From the NCBI RefSeq assembly GCF_000143415.4, contig NW_003314262.1, forward strand, positions 4,040,021-4,104,020: 64,000 bases of DNA, given 5' to 3'. The position numbers and the translations under genes are program-made. Positions 1 through 11,883 of the stretch are shown piece by piece. The stretch's first letter is position 1. The number at the start of each line of letters is the position of its first letter. This DNA comes from Selaginella moellendorffii. Lineage: Eukaryota; Plantae; Lycopodiophyta. Under the pieces are notes generated by a model. It worked only from the letters and a program-made list of their open reading frames with translations. It was not told where the DNA came from and searched no databases.

Positions 1-2
1 GC

Positions 3-131
3 TTTGGAAGTCTCTCTGATTATGCAAAAGCCATGGCTCAACATATGCAAGGTGAATCTTCCCCACAATACCAATATAGGAGGAAGTATAAAAGAAATCA
101 TTATGTTGATGATGAGGCAAAAAAAAGTTAA
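3..131 (+). CDS. 3' end of an ORF entering from the left edge (…YQYRRKYKRNHYVDDEAKKS*), function unknown
   Basis: Frame 3 is open from the window edge to TAA at 129-131; the start lies outside the window. Confidence 0.3.
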   Translation, partial: FGSLSDYAKAMAQHMQGESSPQYQYRRKYKRNHYVDDEAKKS

Positions 132-440
132 TTGCATCCTTACATAAAATGGAAAGCTTGTTATATGTTAGATGTTAGTGAAAGTGTCAAATATCAGTAA
201 AATTGTCAAGTGTCAGTGTCAGTGTCAGATACCATAATTGCAGATTATCATTCTCACCTGTCACCATCACTTTGTAGCGCTTGTGTGTTGCCATTTCTTC
301 CTTCAACATTTTGTAAATAATTGTATATGATATGATAGCACCTTCTAGAACAAGGTATGTTACCTACAACTAATATCATTTTATTATATTTTTTCTTTTA
401 ATAGTGATAATACTATAGTATAGTAAAGTAATTCTAGATC

Positions 441-1022
441 TTACATTCCACTATAGAGTGGCCTAAAAACCCCATATTTTGCACTAGCCAATACAGTGTT
501 TCCTAAGGGGATGTTGTTCCTCATCATGAAGCGATAGTGGGTATGTGTCCGTAACTCATTTTTTAATCTATTGTACATCCACACATGCATCTTTTCCAGA
601 CCCGCTGTTAGGCAATTCCTACAGTGCTCAAGAAAAGTTTGTAAACCCATAGAGCCATTTGTCTTGTCCAACAAAAAGTCGCATATTGGACACCGAATGT
701 AATAGTGTTCTGTACTTTCAAATAGTCTTGCCATGTCAAGAGCAAGATCTTGCAAAAACATGTGGCATTGCTCTTGAAGCACTAGAGGCAATCCCTCTTT
801 AATAACAAGATCCGAAATTTCACATATAGGGAGCTCTAGTTCAACTTCACTAGAGCCCTCAACAGAAAAAGGATTGTTATATGGAGGTGAAGGTGGAATG
901 TTGGTAGAACTTGGGGATGGAGGTGGAGATTGATATGAAATGCTGGGGGGCCAAGTACGATTAGCAATGAGTCTCCTTTGAGCCATTTCAATATAAACTT
1001 CTAAGGAGCTCAAGGAGAACAA
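441..1022 (-). CDS. Intronless orphan ORF with Pro/Ser-rich N-terminus and a possible Zn-binding CxxC…HxxxC motif
   Basis: 193-codon open frame in AT-rich DNA; RCPICDF…LEHCRNC; no family recognised. Confidence 0.45.
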   Translation of the reverse strand: MFSLSSLEVYIEMAQRRLIANRTWPPSISYQSPPPSPSSTNIPPSPPYNNPFSVEGSSEVELELPICEISDLVIKEGLPLVLQEQCHMFLQDLALDMARLFESTEHYYIRCPICDFLLDKTNGSMGLQTFLEHCRNCLTAGLEKMHVWMYNRLKNELRTHTHYRFMMRNNIPLGNTVLASAKYGVFRPLYSGM

Positions 1023-1596
1023 AAAACCTACAATGACTATACCTTTTCTAGATAGTTTATATACTAAGTTTTAGTCTTGGGAATGAGGTTTATTTATTAT
1101 GACACTGACAATACTCAGATTCTTTAAATGGCAGTCTTGGAAATGGGGCTTCATAATCATAGCTTTCTTGCAAACATAAGAGCTTCTAGAATTTTAGATT
1201 ATCGTGTATACATATGCTAGGTTGTTTGTTCAGGAGGGTTGTAACTTCTCTTTTTATATCATTTGTAGATAGGGGCATATTATCTTTTATAAGCTAGGTG
1301 ACAAGGCCGATGTGAAGGAGAGCTCGCTCTTGGCCGAGGATCACCAAGCAAGTGAAGCACTACACTGGGAGGCCTCGAAAGATGAAAAGTTGATTCTTTG
1401 ATGTGATATTACTTTTGAGTCTTTCGAAAGATTTTGATTTCTTTTATCATTATTTACAAACAATTCCCAAAAACTTTTAATGAGGATTCACTGCAAAATA
1501 TACCTTGGTCTTATCATATGAGAGGATTGCGATATAGGCAACCAATAGAGTTTTTAATATGAATTAATATGTAAATTACAAATGTCATGGAAAGTG

Positions 1597-1860
1597 TTAT
1601 GGAGTAGATTTCTTGGTGCTTTCCGTTGTGTTATTCATTTCTTCATTTCTCTTGTTCTGGACTATTGTTTCAGAAGTAACAGGAGCATTTTTATCAATCG
1701 TGATAGTAGTCTCCACATTCCCAAATGGGTAATAAGGACCAGGAGTGTAATATGGAGATTGTGGTAGTGAAACAAAATTAACATTCTCACATTCCTTTGC
1801 ACTACAACTCTTACTCACAGATTTTATATTTTCCTTGCTTCCCATCTTCTCAAGAACCAT
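1597..1860 (-). CDS. Short orphan ORF (87 aa)
   Basis: Open frame only, with PQSPYYTPGPYYPF low-complexity segment. Confidence 0.25.
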   Translation of the reverse strand: MVLEKMGSKENIKSVSKSCSAKECENVNFVSLPQSPYYTPGPYYPFGNVETTITIDKNAPVTSETIVQNKRNEEMNNTTESTKKSTP

Positions 1861-2852
1861 AAAAAATCTTTTGAATGAAGGAATAGTATCTACAGTTGTA
1901 AAAGTATTTAAAATATTAAATAGTCAAATCAAATATGACAGCTGTAACAGTTGTCATAATAAAATAATATAATTTTATAAAAGATAGGTTCTCATGAATT
2001 CTCATAAAATTTTAATATTTTAAAGTTTGTTAGAACCTTCATTTATTCAATTTAGATCTCCTTTGTAATATTTCTTATTGACTATGTTGACTTGAGTTGA
2101 CTTGTGTTGAATTGAGCTCAACTCAACTTTGGACCATCTCTCTATAATCCACTATTACCGTTGGATCTGATGGAGAAAAAAAGGAGGAGAAAGAGATAAT
2201 AGCACTTTAAACTCCCGTGCTCAAGTGCCATAGTAAGATTAATTATGAGCTTGTCAAATAGCAATAATACTCTTCCATACCACCCATAATCAGGGTTGCC
2301 TATGAAGGTGAATTGCCTAGCTTGAGTGACTTCATGGCAAGAAATGATGTTTTCTTTATAATTTGATATAAAGATTCAAATACCCTTACTTTAGTGGCTA
2401 TTTTATACTTATATATTCCTTTTACTCCCAAATATCACCTTATCTAATCCCAAAATCACATAATCCCCTTTAATTTCCATATTATAGCCCGTTGTAATAT
2501 ACTATATTTTAAATAGCCACCAATTAATAGGAATTGAACTCATGTCATTTACTTTGATAATACATGTAATGCAACTTATCTTTCTCCATTTAAAACAATT
2601 AAAAATGGGCCACTCCTTAATAAAAATCCTTCAATATTTATTTTATCCCAATTTATTCATAAAGATTCCCAATGATAATGTATCTAAATCTTATTATATG
2701 TATATGCTACAGTGTATCAGTATGAATAGTAGAATAATAAAAATTTATTTGTCATTTTAATTTTTTAAATAAATCTTGATATTAAAATATATAAAATATA
2801 AATTTATGGTACTTTAAAAACTTCAAAATTATATCTAGCAATAGAAATAGTA

Positions 2853-3674
2853 ATGAATTTGCTTTATATTATATTGTGTTTTCTTCCAATATATGTTATA
2901 GCTAAACCAAAATTTGGAAGATTTGGAATTTTAAATCCTCAAGATATAGCTAAGATAGCTACAATATTTGGAAAATTAATATCTAAATTAAATGAAAAAG
3001 ATCAATACTCTGCTGAATTTTCAGATGGTGAGCTAATTAATACTTCTGCAGGAATAATAGATTTCAGAATCAAAATAATATATGAATGTACAAAAGAAGA
3101 AACTTTTAGAGGTAGTAGTTTAATAGCTGGTTTTGAAAGGCTTTTCTATCAAAATATTAATGAATTACAAATTAATTGTCCTGCATCCTTTGAAAATGAA
3201 AATATAGGATATTCTATACAATATAACTTAATTCAAGAATGGTTATTTCCTAATAGTTTAAAAAAAAATTATAATTATACTCTCAATTCGGTATGTTTTC
3301 TTAAGCAGCATACACTATATAATCCACAAAAACTTTATCAAGATGAATATTTAATTTCTCCTAATGGAAAAGTTATTTTAATGGTTACATCAAATTGTCA
3401 AGTTGTTCTTTTCTTCAAAAATCAAAAAATATGGGAAACAGAAAGTCCTATGAAATATAATTATATTTGTGTATTAAAACTTCAAAATGATGGTAACCTT
3501 GTTTTGTATAGTAATAAAAGAGTATTATGGGCAACTAATAAATATTGTTTAAATAAACCTAATTGTATTATTCCTTCATATTTAACAATTAAAAATGATT
3601 GTAGTATAGTGATTTTCTTGGCACATTATCCAAACATTATTTGGTGGATATTACACAGTAAGTATTTATGTTAA
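2853..3674 (+). CDS. Secreted protein with C-terminal bulb-type (GNA/B-lectin) mannose-binding domain
   Basis: Hydrophobic signal peptide MNLLYIILCFLPIYVIA; YLISPNG…IWET…LKLQNDGNLVLYSNKRVLWATN contains the QxDxNxVxY motif; intronless and very AT-rich. Confidence 0.75.
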   Translation: MNLLYIILCFLPIYVIAKPKFGRFGILNPQDIAKIATIFGKLISKLNEKDQYSAEFSDGELINTSAGIIDFRIKIIYECTKEETFRGSSLIAGFERLFYQNINELQINCPASFENENIGYSIQYNLIQEWLFPNSLKKNYNYTLNSVCFLKQHTLYNPQKLYQDEYLISPNGKVILMVTSNCQVVLFFKNQKIWETESPMKYNYICVLKLQNDGNLVLYSNKRVLWATNKYCLNKPNCIIPSYLTIKNDCSIVIFLAHYPNIIWWILHSKYLC

Positions 3675-5337
3675 TATTTTAGCCATCTTACATTAATACA
3701 CTTACGGTATTATTTCTGATATATTTTTCAAAAACTTTAGAGTTTTCCCATTTACAATTTAAATATAATTTTAAAACAAAATCAGTATTGTTTGCTAGAA
3801 ATTTATGCTATTTATATTGAAAGTATATAACTAAACACTTCTAGAATATTATAATCAGATATCAAATAAATTTTACCATCAGTGAGAGTGTGTGTGTATG
3901 TGTGTCTAAAAATTAATAATATTTGAATAGTGGTTAATAAAATTTGAAGAGCTTCATCAATCCAAAAATCCTAATTATCATAAGTGGAAGGTGTTTTTTG
4001 TTGTAAATCAACATACCATGAAGTTAGGCATTAATGCTACTATAATCATGGAGTCGTCCATATCGTAAAACTAATCCTCCACCACCTTATAGTGATTCAC
4101 TCCCTTGAAGACTGATGGGGGCTTTGGTTTGTACTTGGGAACTGCTTGAGGGAGTGATTCCACTTTGGTTTGTTCGACCTTGTTTGGTTTTGCCAGTCCC
4201 TACCGAAGGGTCCCACCTTCTGAGTTGCTGGCATCCGTAGTCTTTCGCTTTTTCTTTCGCTTCTCATCACGCTTTAGCTTGCATACAAGAGTCTCTAGCA
4301 GGGCATTGGTCTATGCTAATTGTCCTTCTAAAACATCCAATCGAGCCTTGGATGACCGAACCTCGCCACCGGACTCCTGTTTGGAAGTTTCCTCACTAGA
4401 GTCCTCCTCATGCAAGGATTCCTCATCCATAGCTTCTTGTTTGACCAGAGGCTCTAGCTCTGGCAGAGGTTCTGTCTCTGCTTTGGTTTGTTTACGCCCA
4501 TCTCTCAGCAATCTACCTCTATCCTTTGCTAAAACTAAGGAAAAGGCTCCGATACCAAATTGTAAGCCACAAAATTTTCCTTTCCAATTTGCCAACTTAC
4601 CTCGTCTATCCGACTAACACTGCCTTGGCTTTTGCTAAGTTCCCTTGCCAAGGTTCCCACCTATTGTATCAGCTCCTACTTGGTCCTACTTGGTTTTAAC
4701 TACTCACTATATGAGCAACGAAGCGTTAACCATCCATCCATGGATTCCCAAATCTCTCCCAATCCCCCTCCCCAAGTTAGACTTGACTTAAGGTTCGGCT
4801 ACACTCCCTACAAGCATAAGCAACCAAGCACACCAAGCCTCCAGGTTCTTAACATCCCTTGGTACAACAAGACTTGATCATAGGACCTTCTAAATCCCAA
4901 GCCTTGGGGGCAACACTTACTTCAGGACACCGAGGCAAAACATTGTAGCCTAACGGCCTGGTATGGGTACCTTTACCCCCCCCCCCCCCACTTCCATCCC
5001 GAAGGGGAGGTCCAAGCCCCTAGGAAGGGCGAGGACCAATGAGCCACAAGGTACTCAAGTGGGGCACCACTTCACATGAGCCGAGAGCACTGCAGTCGGT
5101 TTCCCTTTTGGGAGTGGGAGCTGTTTTTGAGCACTTCCTTGGGTGGTCCCTCCGGCACCACCTGAGTCCATGCTCACTCCCACCCAACGCCCCTCGGCCC
5201 CAATCTCAACCTCAAGTTAGTTTGGAGAGTTCCTTCAAGATTGATTCCTGGACCTCACTATCCTTACTATACTTCTAGAAACACCCCCCCCTCGGGAGAC
5301 GCGCGCTTTGGGCTTTCACCCTTTGACTTGTATTAGT

Positions 5338-5592
5338 ATTCGGACTCGGTCTCAGACTCGATCTCGAACCCCACTTCGGACTCGGTCTTGGACTCAATCT
5401 CGAACCCGATCTCGGACTCGACTTTGGACTCGATCTCAGACTTGGTCTTGGACTTGATTCAGATCTCGGACTCTGTCTCAAACTCAGTCTTGAACTCAGT
5501 CTCAAACTTGGTCTCCGATTCGGCTTGATCTTAGACTCTATCTCGAACTCGGTCTCAGAGTCGGTCTTGGACTCAATCTCAAACTTGGTCCC
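5338..5592. repeat. Degenerate 12-bp/24-bp tandem repeat (consensus ~ggactcg[g/a]tctc)
   Basis: Periodicity is directly visible and explains the SPRS/EIESK repeats in ORF 5275..5622. Confidence 0.85.
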
Positions 5593-5675
5593 ATCCGATG
5601 AACTCTTTGTTATTTTAGTCATGCTTTCGGGGATCCTTTAGCCTACGACACCTCAAGGAGTTGGTTCCTTACAAG

Positions 5676-5744
5676 TAGGAGTGGGAGTAGGAGTAGGAGT
5701 GGGAGCAGGAGTAGGAGCGGGAGTGGGAGTAGGAGTAGGAGTAG
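5676..5744. repeat. Hexamer repeat (gtagga/gtggga)n
   Basis: Directly visible. Confidence 0.9.
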
Positions 5745-7920
5745 ATGGCTATAGTTGCAACATTAATAATCACTTTTAATATATCATAAAAAACCTTGTC
5801 CATCATCTATTAAAAATTTGTTAGGGCATTGTTCAAACTAAATGGCATCATAAAGAACTTGTACAAACTAAATGATGTATAAAAAATAGTTTTAAGAAAT
5901 ATCCTCCTCATCCATTGGCATTTATTACTATCCAAAAGTAAAATCTAACTTGGTAAACTAACTATAAGCTACAAATTTTCATTTTCTAATTTGCCAACTT
6001 ACTTCATCTATCCGACCATCTTTGTTTTGGCTTCAATTAAATTTCCTCACCAATGTTCCCATCTATTATATCAACTCTTACTTGGACTTATTTGGATTCA
6101 ACTATTCATTACGTATGTAAGTCATCCATCTACGGATTCCTAAATTCTATCTCAATCCCCCTCCTTGGGTTAGATTGGATATAAAGTTCAACTACACTCC
6201 CTACAAGCATAAGTAATCAAGCATACTAATCTTTTAAATTCCTAATATTCTTTAGTACAACAAAATTTAAGCAACAAAAAAGAACGACTCGAGAAATGAT
6301 CTATAAGGGTTTAAATATAGAGGGAAAGAGCCTATGAACAAAAGCACACCCTGTTTTTAATCAGTTAAACATCCTTGGGTTTAAATAATATTAGGTTGGG
6401 CAACCTTTTGAGAAGTCCAAATTTAAGAGTTTACATTTGGTATTAGAGAGATCTTGAGTCCAACTCTATTGGTTGGCTTAAGGGAATCACACCACATGTT
6501 GATTAACATCTGTTAGGTCTAATATACTTCAACTGAACTCAACTCGAGGGGTAGGATGGTAAGAGAGTGAGGTTTTCAGAGGGTTGTAGCTCTTAACTTT
6601 TGTTCAGAAGGGTGTGAATTTGCAGGGAAGCATGGTGGATTGTAAACAACCAAAGAGAATCACTTAAGAGACAATCTATAAGAGTTAAAATATAAAAGGA
6701 AAATGCCCATCAACAAAAATACACCCCCTTTTCTAATTGGTTAAGGGTTTTAGGATACTTGGGGTTAAGCATTCTTAGGTTTGAATAATAATTGATTAGG
6801 TGGCCTCCTTAGAAGTCTAAATTTAAGAGTTTTCATTAATTATAAACTATATATTTATTTTTCCAATTTGCTAGTTTACCTCGTTTATCTGACCACCACT
6901 GTCTTAACCTTAGTTAAATTCTCTAGCCAAGGTTCCTACCTATTGTACCAACTTCTACTTGGTCCTACTTAGTTTCAACTACTTATTGCATGAACAACAA
7001 AGTGTTAGCCATCCATCCACAGATTCCTAAATTCTTTCTACATCCCTTTCCCTAGATTAAACTAAATTTAAGGTTTGGTTAACTCCCCACAAGTACAAAC
7101 AGCCAAACACACCAAGCCTCTAGATTCCTAACATCCCTTGGTGCAACAAAACTTAATTATGGATTAAATCCCAAGCCTTTAGTGCATCACTTGTTTCAAG
7201 ACCCCAAAGGGAAACACCGTGGCCTAATAACCCAATATGGGTATCTCTACTCCCTCACTTCCATCCCAAAGGGAAAGCCCAAGCCCTTAAGAAGGAGTGA
7301 GGACTAATGAACCGCAAAGTACTTAAGTACGGCACCATTCTATATGAGTCAAGAGCACTACAATTAATTAGAGTGAGTTACTTTTAAGAACTTTTTTGGG
7401 TAGCCTCTTTAACACCACCCGAGTCCATGCTCACTCCTATCAAAGCCCCTAACCCCCAATCTCAACCTCAAGTCAGTTTGGAAGCATTATGAGAGAGTTC
7501 CTTCAAAATTGGCTCATAAACTTCACTATCCTTATTATACTTTTTGGAGCTTATACTTTCCATAAATAATCAATGGGACTGAAATAGGACTAACACAAGT
7601 TGCATAATAGCAAGAGTATTTGGCAAATACAGTAAGCTATCATTTGGTGATATTGAGGGACAGACAAAACCCCTAAGTATGCTTAGCTAATAGTATATAG
7701 GAATTTCATCCTTATGCTAGTTTAGTCTAAGTACACTCAAAATCCCAATTAATTCTACTACCACAAAAGGGACTGATAAAGATTCTAACAATATTGATTG
7801 CTTACCGTTGTAGCAATAAAGAAAGAATATTTAAAAGGACTAGCCAATAGGTAATTTTTGATACCCGCAATCACACTCGCGACAATACACCTAAGGATTT
7901 TGAGATTTTCAAATATCACA

Positions 7921-9303
7921 TGTAATGCATGTGATCATTGGATGAGATTTGGATACACTGTCACTATGGATTTTTAGAACTTTAGGGGATAAATAGAAAT
8001 AAAATAACCATTAAGGGCTCTCTTATCAAGTAATTACCCTTTTTCCAGTTAGCTTAAGGGGAGAGAGATAAGGTGCTATATATGTGATATCGGAGCAAAT
8101 GACACAGGTTCAATTTCCATTAATTAGTGGCTACTTTAAAAAAATTTAATATATCCTTGAGCAAGGTATATTCCTATCCCTAAATTTGAAATCGTATGTA
8201 ATAGGCATCCATGCGTATGTCTTTCCTCTTGGTGGAGCATCCACGGACAAAGATATCCACTGTAAGACTGTAGTATGGGTAGATGACAAGTTGCTTTATA
8301 TGAAATACTTGGTTTACACAATAGAAGAATTGGTAGATTCAGTGTAGAAATGGAGGTGTTTATTCCCCTTGTCTTAGTAAAGGTTGTTAGTCAATAATCA
8401 ATAAGGACATTGACATCTCTGAAAGGGGGGTGAATGGAAGGATTGGTATAGTTAGTCTACACAATAAAAGAATTGATAGATTCAATGTGGAAATGGAAGT
8501 GTTAATTCCCCTTGACTCAATAAAGGTTGTTAGTCAATAATCAATGAAGACATTGACATCTTTAAAAGGGGGGTGAATATAGCGTATGTGATCATGGGAT
8601 GAGATTTAGATATACTATCACCGTGGATCTTTAGAACCTTGGCTAGAAATAGCCATTAAAGGCTCTCTCATCAAGCAATTATCCTTTTTCCAATTGGCTT
8701 AAGGGGAGAGAGATAAAGTGTGTTACATGTGGTATCAGAGCAAATGGCATAGGTTCGATTCTCATTAATTAGTGGCTACTTAAAAAAATATAATATACCC
8801 TTGAGTAAGATATATTTCTACCCCTAAATTTGAAATCGTGTGTATTGGGCATCCATACATACGTCCTTCTTCTTGGTGGAGCATCCACGGACGAAAGTAT
8901 CCACCATAGGACTATAGTACAGGTAGATGACTAGTTATATCACATGGAATAATTTGTCTATACAATGGAAGAACAATAGTCCATAAAAGACATTGACATC
9001 TCTAAAGGGGGGGTGAGTGTAGCACATGTGATCATGGGATGAGATTTAAATATACTATCACCGTGGATCTTTAGAATCTTGGGGGATAAATAAGAATAAA
9101 ATAGCCATTAAAGACATTGACATCTCTAAAGGGGGGGTGAGTGTAGCACATGTGATCATTGGATGAGATTTAAATATACTATCACCGTGGATCTTTAGAA
9201 TCTTGGGGGATAAATAAGAATAAAATAGCCATTAAAGGCTCTCTCATCAAACAATTGCCCCTTTTCCAGTTGGCTTAAGGAGAGAGAGATAAAGTGTCCT
9301 ACA
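7921..9303 (+). mobile_element. Tandem array of TRIM-like miniature LTR retroelements
   Basis: ~150-160 bp repeats at 7921-8080, 8578-8727, 9018-9110 (partial) and 9142-9303, with TG…CA-like ends. PBS-Met TGGTATCAGAGC at 8730-8741, degenerate copy at ~8083-8096. Polypurine tracts aaaggggggg precede repeats 2-4. No coding capacity. Confidence 0.8.
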
Positions 9304-9792
9304 ACACCTTTCTCCAACATCTTTTTGATATTTGTGTATAAAATTTTGATTTCCTTTGATGATTGATACCAAATAGGAACCTTGATTAAATGAGTATCTT
9401 TAGTTAAAATAGAATGACACATTGCAATTTTAGCCCTAAATAATAGATTGAAATTAAAGAGATAAAAAACCTCCTTTTTGAGCCAATCAATTACAAAGGC
9501 CGTTTGAGGGATCTAGAGAAGAATAGAAACACAAGAAGGAAACACAATAAAAAGTAATAGAGAGATAAAAGTGATGGAAATAGAAGTAAAAATAAAAGGA
9601 CAAAATGAAATAAAAGTGAAAGGAATGGAAGAATGATGAAATAAAGGGTTAAAGCTTTAAAGTTACTCTCAGCATAATTGCACTATAAATAATCTATACT
9701 AAGGATGACACTAAAAGCTTGATTTAGCACCACTTGTAATAATTGAAGCTTAAAATTGAGAACACCTATATGCACAACTAAGTTTGCTTCAT

Positions 9793-9795
<3 letters not shown>

Positions 9796-9878
<83 letters not shown>
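9796..9878. repeat. (TA)n(TG)n compound microsatellite
   Basis: Directly visible. Confidence 0.98.
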
Positions 9879-11514
9879 AACAGGCATTGTTATAAAGAAT
9901 GAAAATTAGTTCTACTACATAACATAACTATAAATGGCAATATGTGGCAATAAACTGAATGATAGAAGATAAACTCAAACCCATATCAACCAATATAAAG
10001 AGGATAATATAGGACTTTTTATTATAAAAACAAGTTTTATAAGTAAACATTGAATGAATTGGTGCTAAGTGAACCCTTTAATAGTACTTTTAAAAGATGA
10101 ATAGAAGAGTCATTAACTTATTTGTGCAAAAACCCTCCACTACTTATATAACTCTTTATTTCCTAAAAGAATTTTTATATTAAAACCTTTCCACCCAGCA
10201 TTGTTCTAACCAGTGCGAAACAGAAGAAAGAGTTAGATCGACAATGAATAAAACTCTAGCCACACCAACAAAACATTATTGATGCCAAGGCCTTCACTTA
10301 GGAAATAGAGGATGTTAATCCAGAAAACATCAACAATGCTGATATATATGGCTAACTTCATTACACATTTAGTAATGAATATTATGGCCACAACTATGTC
10401 CTCACCCCACAAGCAATAATAACATCAACTTTCATTAGAACAGGATCATCTCATACATAAATTAAAGATAAAGAACGTGCAATGACAAGTGGGAGAAGTG
10501 ATATCTCATAATATTGTGTTAAGTGAAGAGTATTATCAAGGGTGGTTAGGGCAAATGCATACAGAAGTCCTACAAGATTTTGATAAATCACTAACTACAA
10601 TATTCTTAATTTGATTTTCTCTAATATATTTGGCTTTATATGGAGTAAAAAGCTTTAGAAACAAATACCAAATTGTATAACTAATTCAGACAACTCTTGA
10701 TAAAGATGATACAATTGCTAAAAGACATCATTATAATTTTCAATATGTTCAAATGCATGCTTGAAGACATCTGGAAGAACGCTTCAATCCATATGAGTGC
10801 ATACACTCAAATTATTGTACTATTGCAATGCTATCCCTTGGAGATATATAGGAAACTTGCATAGATGCAGACATCATCCCAAGGATAATAAGTGGTAATC
10901 ACCGTAAAGTGATCAAATTAATGGTATACATCATCCCTAAGATTCCACAAAAGAACTCTAGTTAAACATAAGGATTGGCAACAAGAGTAAATTAAATTGC
11001 ACCACATGTCTTGAATTCTACTATCAATTGAGTTTGATTGTTTCGCTACAACCACATAACATTAAGCAATTGTATTTAAAGTCAAAGGAGGAGGAGGCTA
11101 TTACTCTATCATGAAGTCAAAATAAACCCTAAACAAAAATGAAAAACACATAAAAAAGAAATGGAAAAAGTTATAAAAATAAGAGAGACTTAGATAATGC
11201 AAAAATTAAATATAAACTAAAAGTACAAATCTAAGCATTCCTTAAGCACAATTATTATTACATCTACACCAATGTGAGTGCATTGAATTTAGAAATATGT
11301 ATATTCAATTAGGCCAAAAACTCTAGTTTATATATAGGAGCAAATGGTCCAAAATGAAGTTAATATAATAACTACCAAAAGAAGCTTTTGAAATAGATTG
11401 GTCATGTTTTGAGTGGTGAGGAACCTTAAAGAAGTGTAGCATAGTCTACCTTTTTTATTTTTAGTGCTGGATTATAGAAAATTTCCTAATACTTATATAT
11501 TGTATTTTATATTT

Positions 11515-11517
<3 letters not shown>

Positions 11518-11568
<51 letters not shown>

Positions 11569-11588
11569 ATATATATATATATATATAT
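11518..11588. repeat. (TC)n(TA)n compound microsatellite
   Basis: Directly visible. Confidence 0.98.
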
Positions 11589-11883
11589 TGGTATTATTAG
11601 TCTAGTATATATAAATATCTTTTAGAATTTGAAGAAGGTACATTTTTTCAAGCATTATTTATCTTGAAAAAAAAAATTCGAGAGTCAGGATGGCTAGACC
11701 AAGGCGAAACATGTTGCCTGATTAAAAACTCATTGGACATCGACAAAGCCGTGCACAGCAGGAGCAATACACAGGAGATGGACGAGCAGCACAAATCCAC
11801 TATGGCATGCTTCGTACGTGAACATCCACTTATCCACATACGAAGGTAGTAGCTTCTCATCCTCTGCAATCAATTGAAATAAA

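Larger units (their letters stand above)
4050..7545 (-). mobile_element. Nested, degenerate Ty3/gypsy-type LTR retroelement remnants (LTR, 5'UTR, gag N-terminus)
   Basis: The minus strand gives coiled-coil …KARLDVLEGQL and KPKPPSVFKG (gag-like) with stops. Block ~4570-5275 recurs at ~6860-7545 and partly at ~5970-6270. A polypurine tract lies on the minus strand at ~5283-5292. Confidence 0.65.

Noticed and set aside
5275-5622. SR-rich ORF (115 aa)
   Set aside because: It is a by-product of the 12-bp tandem repeat within a retroelement.
7921-9303. Cassandra element or 5S rRNA
   Set aside because: No 5S A/C-box sequence is recognisable in the LTRs.
10230-11000. Possible decayed transposase (…RHLEERFNP…)
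   Set aside because: Many stops and no motif strong enough to assign.
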